Sequence record: NC_024124.2
Length of the DNA stretch: 64,000 bases
Reading direction: 5' to 3' (one strand)
From: Escherichia phage vB_EcoM_JS09
Below the pieces are notes generated by a model. That model was not told the origin of the DNA and searched no databases. It saw only the letters and a program-made list of their open reading frames with translations. Position 1 is the stretch's first letter. Each line of letters begins with the position of its first letter. Below, piece after piece: positions 34,604 to 42,361 of the stretch. Both the position numbers and the translations under genes were made by a program.

Positions 34604-34794
34604 TGAAACGATTATATGAAGTGATTGAGGCCATCGAACAGCATAAAGAATATTTGTTTGTAGCCTGGCCTTTAGTAAATGGACAGTTCGGTATTGATGT
34701 GCTGGACTATGAGCATGAAGAACGTTTGGACGGTGGTATATTTGATAACGTCGACCAGGCAATTGAATGGTTAAATGAAAACTATGTACGATAA
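34603..34794 (+). CDS. hypothetical protein
   Basis: 63-aa ORF, ATGA-coupled to pseT. Confidence 0.45.
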
Positions 34795-34999
34795 ACATCA
34801 TGAAATCGAAGATGAAGCATACAAAATGCTTCGTAAACTAGTGGGACTTAATATGAGTCCTACATTAATCAACAAACTCGCAGGAATTCGTAATGATCTG
34901 AATACTCGTTACAAAGGCGAATATCATGTAGAGTTTGTTCCTGTAGGTGAACCGACCGAGCGATTTGTTGTTCGAGTTAAAGTAAATACTGTACACTGA
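34775..34999 (+). CDS. hypothetical protein
   Basis: 74-aa ORF; start may be the in-frame ATG at 34784. Confidence 0.45.
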   Translation: MKTMYDKHHEIEDEAYKMLRKLVGLNMSPTLINKLAGIRNDLNTRYKGEYHVEFVPVGEPTERFVVRVKVNTVH

Positions 35000-35006
35000 G
35001 GTAATT

Positions 35007-35282
35007 ATGTTCCCAACTTATTCTGAAATTGTAAAGGTAGTCTTCAGTCAGATTATTGCTAATAATATGTTTGAAGTGCTTGATAATGCAGCCGAACTCA
35101 GAGTTCATGCTCAACTAACTCATGTACTCAATGCTTTGCTCCCAGACCAAGTAGATTCTATTGCTATTACTCTTCTCCCTGGGTCTGCGCACGTCATAGT
35201 GGTATTTGATCTTGATGGTGATTTAGTTATCCAGTGTGATATCAATTTCGGTACACAAAAAATTGAATGCAAAGCAATTTAA
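35007..35282 (+). CDS. hypothetical protein
   Basis: 91-aa ORF. Confidence 0.5.
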   Translation: MFPTYSEIVKVVFSQIIANNMFEVLDNAAELRVHAQLTHVLNALLPDQVDSIAITLLPGSAHVIVVFDLDGDLVIQCDINFGTQKIECKAI

Positions 35283-35285
35283 TGG

Positions 35286-35314
35286 TTTACAACATGGTGG
35301 AGTTGTGATACTAT
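35286..35314 (+). promoter_or_regulatory. early promoter with dyad symmetry around -10
   Basis: TTTACA-N17-TACTAT with TG; inverted repeat GGTGGAGTT (35296..35304) / AACTCTACC (35315..35323), 8 of 9 complementary. Confidence 0.55.
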
Positions 35315-35342
35315 AACTCTACCAACAAATGAGGAAATAGAA

Positions 35343-35579
35343 ATGCTAAGTGAAAACCCAATTACAGTACACGAATTTCAGATTAAAGTAAAAGAATTTG
35401 CTCAAGCACTCATCAATAAAGTGTCTGAACGTTTCCAAGATGCAACATTACGAGTTATTCAAGAATCTCCACGTTCTTTTCTCATAATCGTTAATCCTAA
35501 AGATGGTGACCAAATTACTAATCTTAAATTAGGCAGTGACGGTCTTGTTGAAGCAACTCGAGTATATGGAACACTATAA
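35343..35579 (+). CDS. hypothetical protein
   Basis: 78-aa ORF, GAGGA SD, early promoter 35286..35314. Confidence 0.5.
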   Translation: MLSENPITVHEFQIKVKEFAQALINKVSERFQDATLRVIQESPRSFLIIVNPKDGDQITNLKLGSDGLVEATRVYGTL

Positions 35580-35699
35580 TGAGAGCTATCTCATTACTAT
35601 CGAGAATGGTCATAAATCTGAGCACTACCAACTTAGCCTGTCTAATCCGGTTAAAGGTATTGTTGAATCAGAATCTGTTTATATCTCCTAAGGATTGTT

Positions 35700-36692
35700 A
35701 TGTTACCTGTCATCAGAAAACTTATTTCTCCAAAAGAACTGGCTGAGATTATTCCTTTGTCGGAAGCTTACGCATCACAAGTGGCTTCTCATCGCGAACA
35801 AGTTAATTCGATTATGAACGGTGAAGACCCACGCAAACTTATTGTTGTAGGTCCTTGTTCAATTCATGACCCTATTGCTGCTGTTGAATACGGCAAACGT
35901 CTGGCTGAACTTCAAACTCGTCTTCCTAATGTTCTGTTAGTGATGCGCGTTTATTTTGAAAAGCCTCGAACTACCGTAGGTTGGAAAGGTCTTGTAAATG
36001 ATCCATATCTTGACGGAAGTTTTGATATGAACCACGGTCTTATAGTTGCACGAACATTGTGTCGTAAACTTCTACGTATAGGACTTCCATTAGCAACTGA
36101 AGTATTAGACCCATTCACGATTAAGTATCTTTCTGGTATTTTCTCATGGGTTGCTATTGGCGCCCGTACGACTGAAAGTCAGACACATCGTGAAATTGCT
36201 TCAGGTCTACCGATGTGCGTAGGCTTCAAGAACGCAACCAATGGTTCTATTAAAGTAGCTACAGACGCGATGTATAGTGCCGCCTGGCCTCATCGGTATA
36301 TGGGTATGGACGTCGATGGTACTGTAGGCATTGTTGAAGCTGAAGGTAATCAGAATACGCATATCGTATTGCGTGGCGGGACCAACGGCCCGAACTATCA
36401 TTCTTCTGATATTCAAGAAGCTTCTAACAAAGCAAGGGCAGTAGGTCTGAATCATTATGTAATGGTTGACTGTAGCCATGCAAACGCTGATGGACATTAT
36501 AGCAATCAAATTGGTATTGGTAAAAATTTAGCAGCTAATGATTTGGTCAAAGGAATTATGATAGAATCATTCCTACATGAAGGAAATCAAAAAATTTCCG
36601 ATAATATGTCCTATGGCGTTTCCGTTACCGATGCGTGCATCAGTTGGGAACAAACTAAAGAGCTGTTAACTTATATTAATAAGGTTCAATAA
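35700..36692 (+). CDS. 3-deoxy-D-arabino-heptulosonate 7-phosphate (DAHP) synthase, class I (AroG/AroF/AroH-like)
   Basis: 330-aa ORF with AAGGA SD; hallmark motifs shared with E. coli AroG: VVGPCSIHD, RVYFEKPRTTVGWKGL, WVAIGARTTESQ, HIVLRGG, ESFLHEGNQ, VTDACISWE; the metal-ligand positions (Cys, His, Glu, Asp) are all present. Confidence 0.85.
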   Translation: MLPVIRKLISPKELAEIIPLSEAYASQVASHREQVNSIMNGEDPRKLIVVGPCSIHDPIAAVEYGKRLAELQTRLPNVLLVMRVYFEKPRTTVGWKGLVNDPYLDGSFDMNHGLIVARTLCRKLLRIGLPLATEVLDPFTIKYLSGIFSWVAIGARTTESQTHREIASGLPMCVGFKNATNGSIKVATDAMYSAAWPHRYMGMDVDGTVGIVEAEGNQNTHIVLRGGTNGPNYHSSDIQEASNKARAVGLNHYVMVDCSHANADGHYSNQIGIGKNLAANDLVKGIMIESFLHEGNQKISDNMSYGVSVTDACISWEQTKELLTYINKVQ

Positions 36693-37273
36693 TGAAAGCT
36701 AGCACATACCTTCAGATTGCATATCTGATTTCTCAAGAATCAAAATGTTGTTCATGGAAAGTTGGCGCAGTCATTGAAAAAGATGGGCGCATTATTTCTA
36801 CTGGGTATAACGGTTCACCTGCAGGTGGCGTTAACTGTTGCGAACATGCATCTGAAAATGGTTGGTTGAAGAATAAACCAATCCCAGTCATCGTTGCTGG
36901 GCATAAAGAAGGCACTACAGCATTTGGACGGGCAGATAATTTTGTTTTGGCTAAAGAACATCGGGCCGCTCATAGTGCATGGTCTGCTAATAACGAAATC
37001 CATGCAGAATTGAATGCAATTTTGTTTGCAGCTCGTAAAGGTAATTCTATTGAAGGTGCTACGTTGTATACGACACTTTCTCCATGTCCTGATTGCACTA
37101 AAGCTATTACGCAGTCAGGTATTAAAAAGGTTGTATACGCAGAATTATATGACAGATCTCCTGAAAATTGGGCAGACATTCTTAAACAAGCTGGTATTGA
37201 AGTAATTCAGTACTCTCGTAATAATCTTCGTTCTCTGAATTGGGAACAAATCCGAAACTTTTGTGGTGAATAA
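36692..37273 (+). CDS. cd: dCMP deaminase
   Basis: 193-aa ORF (T4 Cd 193 aa); zinc-deaminase motifs HAELNAI and SPCPDCTKAI. Confidence 0.9.
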   Translation: MKASTYLQIAYLISQESKCCSWKVGAVIEKDGRIISTGYNGSPAGGVNCCEHASENGWLKNKPIPVIVAGHKEGTTAFGRADNFVLAKEHRAAHSAWSANNEIHAELNAILFAARKGNSIEGATLYTTLSPCPDCTKAITQSGIKKVVYAELYDRSPENWADILKQAGIEVIQYSRNNLRSLNWEQIRNFCGE

Positions 37274-37274
37274 T

Positions 37275-37571
37275 ATGATTTTAACCGAACAAGAAACTAT
37301 GGTTCTTCGTGAACGTATTAAAACTATTCTGTCTGTAGGCGTTCATTGTGTTGTATTTGAAAAGGCTAACGGTGAGGTACGCACTATGTTTGCTTCGCGC
37401 GATGAACTTGAAGTCAAATATGAAAATAACAATCCGGCAACAGAAGTTCGTTATGAACCTCGTGAATCAGTTCGAGCATTCGATACCAAGTTAGGTCAGT
37501 GGCGTTCTTTCCGCCTTGATAAAGTAATTTCGGTTGATGGTACTCCGGTGGAACGTTTGCTTCTTATGTAA
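37275..37571 (+). CDS. hypothetical protein
   Basis: First ATG after the cd stop (track start 37263 overlaps cd). Confidence 0.45.
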   Translation: MILTEQETMVLRERIKTILSVGVHCVVFEKANGEVRTMFASRDELEVKYENNNPATEVRYEPRESVRAFDTKLGQWRSFRLDKVISVDGTPVERLLLM

Positions 37572-37573
37572 TA

Positions 37574-37598
37574 TGCTTTACGAATAGTATAGTATTAT
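37574..37598 (+). promoter_or_regulatory. MotA-dependent middle promoter (gene 31)
   Basis: MotA box TGCTTTA (37574..37580), 12-bp spacer, TATTAT -10. Confidence 0.5.
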
Positions 37599-37628
37599 TA
37601 ATCTATCGTCAAACAACAAGGAAATAAG

Positions 37629-37961
37629 ATGTCTGAAGTACAACTCCCAATTCGTGCTGTTGGTGAATATGTCATTCTGGTTTCTGAACCCGCTCAAGCA
37701 GGTGATGAAGAAGTTACAGAATCAGGACTTGTGATTGGTAAACGTGTTCAAGGTGAAGTTCCTGAACTATGTGTAGTTCATTCTGTAGGTCCTGATGTTC
37801 CTGAAGGTTTTGTTGAAGTCGGTGATTTGACTCCACTACCAGTTGGACAAATTCGAAATGTTCCACATCCATTTGTGGCTTTGGGACTTAAACAACCTAA
37901 AGAAATTAAACAGAAATTCGTAACATGCCACTATAAAGCTATTCCGTGTCTTTATAAGTGA
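37629..37961 (+). CDS. 31: gp31 co-chaperonin (GroES analogue)
   Basis: 110-aa ORF matching recalled T4 gp31 (111 aa); MotA-box middle promoter 37574..37598. Confidence 0.85.
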   Translation: MSEVQLPIRAVGEYVILVSEPAQAGDEEVTESGLVIGKRVQGEVPELCVVHSVGPDVPEGFVEVGDLTPLPVGQIRNVPHPFVALGLKQPKEIKQKFVTCHYKAIPCLYK

Positions 37962-37969
37962 TATAAATA
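37962..37969 (+). promoter_or_regulatory. late promoter TATAAATA (upstream of rIII)
   Basis: Exact TATAAATA immediately after the gene 31 stop; followed by hairpin GAAGAG-AACA-CTCTTC (37977..37992). Confidence 0.45.
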
Positions 37970-38085
37970 ACTATATGAAGAGAACACTCTTCTAAGCGGT
38001 AGCCTACAACTGAGAGACTTGTCGAAAGAAGGTGAAATTCAGACGAACGTGGCTACTAAATATTATCTCGAATTGAGAATTTAAA

Positions 38086-38334
38086 ATGATTAAACAATTA
38101 CAACACGCTCTTGAACTGCAACGCAACGCATGGAATAACGGTCACGAAAACTATGGCGCGTCGATTGATGTTGAAGCCGAAGCACTGGAAATCCTGCGTT
38201 ATTTCAAACACCTGAATCCTGCTCAGGCTACTCTGGCTTCTGAACTGGAAGCTAAAGATGAATTGAAATATGCTAAGCCTCTGGCTTCTGCAGCACGCAA
38301 AGCAGTTCGTCATTTTGTTATTACCCTGAAGTAA
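38086..38334 (+). CDS. rIII: rIII lysis-inhibition accessory protein
   Basis: 82-aa ORF matching recalled T4 RIII (82 aa). Confidence 0.85.
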   Translation: MIKQLQHALELQRNAWNNGHENYGASIDVEAEALEILRYFKHLNPAQATLASELEAKDELKYAKPLASAARKAVRHFVITLK

Positions 38335-38356
38335 GTTAAATCGAGGAGCCGTCGAA

Positions 38357-38584
38357 TTGTCTGATTATCGATTTGCGAATCGGTATGTTTTAGAAGTACC
38401 GCCCCGACAATTTTACGGTGTACCTCTTGAATGTTACTATCATGCGTCAGAAAAGTGTTATCTGTGTAAGTCTTGGTGGTATGATGACGAGGTTTATGGT
38501 TATCCTGTCGTTAAATATCCAAAACCTATGTTCCCCTTGAGGGCTTGCGCAGGCAATGTCAATAAGTCCTGCATTTTCATTTAA
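38357..38584 (+). CDS. hypothetical Cys-rich protein (TTG start)
   Basis: 75-aa ORF whose only plausible start is TTG at 38357, 7 nt after a GAGGAG SD; five Cys and W/Y-rich. Confidence 0.35.
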   Translation: MSDYRFANRYVLEVPPRQFYGVPLECYYHASEKCYLCKSWWYDDEVYGYPVVKYPKPMFPLRACAGNVNKSCIFI

Positions 38585-38596
38585 AGAGAATTTATA

Positions 38597-38776
38597 ATGG
38601 CAAAACAAGCTAAAGCAAAGAAAGCAGTTGAAAAGAAAGTTGATGGTACCTCTAAACGCGCTGGATACAAGCGTGGGTCGAACTCTCGTATTAATCAAAC
38701 AGTTGAGAAGATCATGCGCAGAGCACGTGCAGTTCTTCGAGATGATGCTTCTCGTTTTGGAAAGGTTGTTGCATAA
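38597..38776 (+). CDS. hypothetical small basic protein (59 aa)
   Basis: Below the track threshold; found by eye: ATG at 38597, K/R-rich, followed directly by UUCG terminator 38782..38803. Confidence 0.35.
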   Translation: MAKQAKAKKAVEKKVDGTSKRAGYKRGSNSRINQTVEKIMRRARAVLRDDASRFGKVVA

Positions 38777-38781
38777 TTTTA

Positions 38782-38803
38782 GGGAGACTTCGGTCTCCCT
38801 TTT
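38782..38803 (+). terminator. rho-independent terminator
   Basis: GGGAGAC-TTCG-GTCTCCC + TTTTGTG. Confidence 0.75.
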
Positions 38804-38837
38804 GTGCGTTTAGGGCAGAAAAAGTTTAAAAAAGATG

Positions 38838-38865
38838 TTTACTCTCCTGTAGGATGTGTTACTAT
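38838..38865 (+). promoter_or_regulatory. early promoter
   Basis: GTTTAC 38837..38842; TGTTACTAT extended -10 ending 38865. Confidence 0.5.
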
Positions 38866-38906
38866 AGACTTGTACCACCTAATCAATAAAACAATCGGAG
38901 AATAAA

Positions 38907-39275
38907 ATGAAAATCAATCTGAACTCATACATCAAATGTAAAGACCACGACGGTTATAAAGCTATCGAAATTAAAGAATTCCAGTGGATGTTATACAAAG
39001 AGCAATTTGAGTTCGTAGGTTGTATGACCCCTGAAGGTCCTTCAGATGATTTCTCTTGGAAAATTGTGTTAGCAAACTTTTTCACAGGTGACACATACGA
39101 ATTAAAAACTATTATTACCGGTAAAATTCGTTCAGAAACATATGTTGACGAAGAAACTGGTTACTCTGAAGATGTTACATGGTATCAAAATGGACGCATT
39201 ACAGCAGATAACCTGATCGAAAAAATGAAAGCCAAAGGTGTTTTAAATTTAGACAATTGGATTAAAGTTGCATAA
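38907..39275 (+). CDS. hypothetical protein
   Basis: 122-aa ORF, GGAG SD, early promoter 38838..38865. Confidence 0.5.
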   Translation: MKINLNSYIKCKDHDGYKAIEIKEFQWMLYKEQFEFVGCMTPEGPSDDFSWKIVLANFFTGDTYELKTIITGKIRSETYVDEETGYSEDVTWYQNGRITADNLIEKMKAKGVLNLDNWIKVA

Positions 39276-39280
39276 AACAG

Positions 39281-39308
39281 TTTACTTTGGTACAGGTTAT
39301 GTTATTAT
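39281..39308 (+). promoter_or_regulatory. early promoter with 9-bp dyad symmetry around -10
   Basis: GTTTAC 39280; TATTAT 39303..39308; perfect inverted repeat GGTACAGGT (39289..39297) / ACCTGTACC (39311..39319). Confidence 0.6.
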
Positions 39309-39349
39309 AGACCTGTACCAACAAACAACTTAAACATCTGGAGAATAAA

Positions 39350-39715
39350 ATGAACTACACCAACTTCGAACGCAAATATGTTTCTAACGGTATCGCTGGT
39401 TCTATCGATATGGTTTGTTTGTGGAAGCATAAAAATGGTTCAGTATGTGAAATTGAGCAGTGCATGACTCCTAATTATGTTTATATGCGATTTGAAAATG
39501 GCATCACGGTTTCAATCACGATGGAAGGTTCAAATTTTAAAATTGCATTAGATGATGATTTCCGTCAGCGTGATTTAGGTACTCATCCTTGCTGGAACGG
39601 CGTTAATCGTAAACTTCTGGTTAAAACTTGGATTCGTCATATCCTGAGTAACCGAGCTAAACATGAACATCTCGAAGCAATCTTTGATGTAGTTCTTAAC
39701 GAATTTGATATCTAA
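39350..39715 (+). CDS. hypothetical protein
   Basis: 121-aa ORF, GGAG SD, early promoter 39281..39308; shares short motifs (CMTP, GSVCEI) with its neighbours. Confidence 0.5.
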   Translation: MNYTNFERKYVSNGIAGSIDMVCLWKHKNGSVCEIEQCMTPNYVYMRFENGITVSITMEGSNFKIALDDDFRQRDLGTHPCWNGVNRKLLVKTWIRHILSNRAKHEHLEAIFDVVLNEFDI

Positions 39716-39722
39716 TTTAACT

Positions 39723-39738
39723 GGGAGCTTCGGCTCCC
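39723..39738 (+). other. UUCG hairpin without U-tract, just upstream of the SD of the 39751 gene
   Basis: GGGAGC-TTCG-GCTCCC followed by ATTGAGGAAATT-ATG. Confidence 0.5.
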
Positions 39739-39750
39739 ATTGAGGAAATT

Positions 39751-40365
39751 ATGTTTAAAGTTAATACTTTTTATAAAATGAATTTTAAAAATGGGGATAT
39801 TACTCCACGCCTTAAAAACATGTTCTCATATGACCTTATCGAGCCTTTTGAAGTTTTAGAAGTTACTGATGCCGGCTCGGTTTGTGAAATTAGAACGTCT
39901 GAAGGTAAAATTTATCAGGCAGGTGTTGGTAAATTCAGTAATTGTTTTACTTTAATATTCTCGACTGATTTAGATGAACATTTTATTGAATGTCATAACC
40001 ATAAGGTCTACGAAGTTCCACATCAAGAAACTAAGAAAAATGGCCCACATGAATATACGAAGGTTGAAACTCCTCACGGTGTGATGTGGCGTCATAACTC
40101 TCCTTTTGGAAGTAAAGGAACATTTGCTCAACTGCCTAAACCGTATGACGATGAAAAATACATCGTCGCCTTTTTATCTGAACAGGGTACTCAAGACCGT
40201 GGATGCCAAAGAAGTGGTTTACTAAGTGAACTTGAAGCTCATAACCAAGCACGTGAATTCGTTGAGAAAAATCCTGGTTCTGAAGCTCTAGTCATGAAAG
40301 CAGTTACTCAATATATCACTGCTCAACCTGTTGTTCATCCGGTAGAAATTAATTTCATTAAGTAG
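39751..40365 (+). CDS. hypothetical protein
   Basis: 204-aa ORF preceded by a UUCG hairpin and GAGGA SD. Confidence 0.5.
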   Translation: MFKVNTFYKMNFKNGDITPRLKNMFSYDLIEPFEVLEVTDAGSVCEIRTSEGKIYQAGVGKFSNCFTLIFSTDLDEHFIECHNHKVYEVPHQETKKNGPHEYTKVETPHGVMWRHNSPFGSKGTFAQLPKPYDDEKYIVAFLSEQGTQDRGCQRSGLLSELEAHNQAREFVEKNPGSEALVMKAVTQYITAQPVVHPVEINFIK

Positions 40366-40395
40366 TTTACATCCAAGGACGGATTAGAGTATAAT
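40366..40395 (+). promoter_or_regulatory. early promoter
   Basis: TTTACA-N18-TATAAT. Confidence 0.45.
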
Positions 40396-40419
40396 GATTT
40401 CTTTAGTAAGTGGAAAAAT

Positions 40420-40617
40420 ATGAAATTTTTAATAGCACAAACAGTCCAATTAAAAGGTGTTGGAATTCCTGGGGTGATTTTTAAAGTTCTCCCTGAATTT
40501 AAAACCGCCGCTGGAATTATCAATGAAGCGTATGCTGTTCAATGGGTTGATTGGACTTCTGACATACGTATGGGTAAAGAGTTATCTCCTATTAAAGGGT
40601 TGAAACATGTTGAATAA
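40420..40617 (+). CDS. hypothetical protein
   Basis: 65-aa ORF downstream of early promoter 40366..40395. Confidence 0.45.
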   Translation: MKFLIAQTVQLKGVGIPGVIFKVLPEFKTAAGIINEAYAVQWVDWTSDIRMGKELSPIKGLKHVE

Positions 40618-40819
40618 ATTAATCCAGAAATTGTTAGGTACAGAAATGGTTGAAGTTACGTATCGTGTGACTGACTGCTCGCCTATTCATCCACAGGATG
40701 AACCATTTATCAAGACAATTAAAATGCTTAAAAACGATGGTGGTTTATCTATTGAAGACCGTCTGCCTAGTTACGGTCATTGGGCTGATGTTGAAATTAT
40801 AAGTGTTAAAGATGTCTGA
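40607..40819 (+). CDS. hypothetical protein
   Basis: 70-aa ORF overlapping neighbours. Confidence 0.45.
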   Translation: MLNKLIQKLLGTEMVEVTYRVTDCSPIHPQDEPFIKTIKMLKNDGGLSIEDRLPSYGHWADVEIISVKDV

Positions 40820-41270
40820 ATTAGAAATAAGAAGCAATTTCAAATGGCCGTCATGCGCATTAAGTAATTTCGCCCAATGGCCTTTTGTTATGGATGGTAT
40901 TCAATTCGGAGGACTTGAAGGATTTCTCCAAGGATGTAAGGTGAAAAACGTTGAACAACAAAAACGTATATTTGGGTTGTCTGGATTGGCTGCACAGCAA
41001 GCTGGAAGGTCTTATGCAAGAGCTCAGGACCGTGGGACTCTCTTCTGGTTAGGAGTTCCATTTTCAAGATACTCTGAAGCGTGGAAAGAATTATACACAA
41101 ATGCATATTTTGAAGCCGCGATCCAAAACAAGGGGTTTCGTGATGCCTTACAAGCCTCTAAAGGAAAAATTTTGAAGCACAGCATGGCCAGCCACCTAAC
41201 AAAAGATGATACAATATTAACCGAAGCTGAATTTATTGATGTGTTAAACCTATTAAGAGACTCTTTATGA
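40803..41270 (+). CDS. NADAR / YbiA-like (DUF1768) domain protein
   Basis: 155 aa; segment LSNFAQWPFVMDGIQFGGLEGFLQGCKV resembles the conserved FSNFA...W...DG...E...QA.K core of E. coli YbiA. Confidence 0.5.
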   Translation: MLKMSELEIRSNFKWPSCALSNFAQWPFVMDGIQFGGLEGFLQGCKVKNVEQQKRIFGLSGLAAQQAGRSYARAQDRGTLFWLGVPFSRYSEAWKELYTNAYFEAAIQNKGFRDALQASKGKILKHSMASHLTKDDTILTEAEFIDVLNLLRDSL

Positions 41271-42082
41271 AACCTACTATTTTGACTGATATTGATGGTG
41301 TATGTTTAAGCTGGCAATCTGGACTTCCTTATTTTGCCCAAAAATATAATCTTCCATTAGAACATATTTTAAAAATGATTCAGGACGAAAAATTTATTTC
41401 TCCTGGTAAACTATTCAATACCGACGATGACCTCGGTAAACAATTAATAGAAAAATATAATCGCTCTGATTTTATTCGTTACTTAGCGCCTTATTCGGAT
41501 GCTCTTCGAGTTATCAATAAACTAAAAGAAGACTATAATTTTGTAGCCGTGACGGCGCTAGGTGATTCAATTGATGCTCGATTGAATAGACAATTTAATT
41601 TGAATGCTTTGTTCCCAGGCGCTTTCTCTGAAGTAATGATGTGTGGTCATGATTCTTCAAAGGAACAATTATTTGAACTAGCTAAAACAAAATATAACGT
41701 GATTTGTTATGTTGACGATTTAGCTCATCACTGTGACCATGCGGCAGAAATTCTTAATGTACCGATTTATTGGTTGGCCCGTGGTGAACGTGATGATATT
41801 CCTCGCACTGCACAACGTGTACACACGTGGGATGATATTGAATCTCGTTTGGTTCCACCCGAGCATAATTCAGATTCAGATCGTGAAGACCTTTTAAAAC
41901 GATTGGCGGATTTACTTAAAGAATCTGGTGCAACAAGTCCAGGTGCATGGCCTAATCAAATTGGCGCTCCGTCGAATCCGTATACCTGGCGAACCCCAGG
42001 ACCAACCGATATGCGGCCATGGTGGACGATTCAAAACTTTCCTTTAGATTCGTCTAAATGGACTTGGTCTATAAATTGTTAA
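41267..42082 (+). CDS. HAD-superfamily hydrolase-like protein (possible nucleotidase/phosphatase)
   Basis: 271 aa; N-terminal DxDGV motif (ILTDIDGVCL) and downstream CYVDDLAHHCD acidic motif typical of HAD phosphatases; W/P-rich C-terminal tail. Confidence 0.45.
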   Translation: MKPTILTDIDGVCLSWQSGLPYFAQKYNLPLEHILKMIQDEKFISPGKLFNTDDDLGKQLIEKYNRSDFIRYLAPYSDALRVINKLKEDYNFVAVTALGDSIDARLNRQFNLNALFPGAFSEVMMCGHDSSKEQLFELAKTKYNVICYVDDLAHHCDHAAEILNVPIYWLARGERDDIPRTAQRVHTWDDIESRLVPPEHNSDSDREDLLKRLADLLKESGATSPGAWPNQIGAPSNPYTWRTPGPTDMRPWWTIQNFPLDSSKWTWSINC

Positions 42083-42091
42083 GGGATACTT

Positions 42092-42361
42092 ATGTTTGTA
42101 GTTCATGATATTACAGATGGCAAAAACACCACACGTGACTACGGTCACGTTAACATGTTCTTTCGAGACTGGCCGTTGTTTCGTTCAGTAAAAGACGCAG
42201 AAATATTTAAAGAGTGTGTTGAACAAGGGTTCATCTACATTTCAGAATACTATGTTGAAGGGCTCGGTAAATGGATTACCACTTATCAGAAAACTCTGAA
42301 ATCGCTTCTAGATGAAGTGGCTTATAATAGAACCGTAACCAAAATCGAGGACATCAAATGA
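42092..42361 (+). CDS. hypothetical protein
   Basis: 89-aa ORF coupled to the ligase start. Confidence 0.5.
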   Translation: MFVVHDITDGKNTTRDYGHVNMFFRDWPLFRSVKDAEIFKECVEQGFIYISEYYVEGLGKWITTYQKTLKSLLDEVAYNRTVTKIEDIK

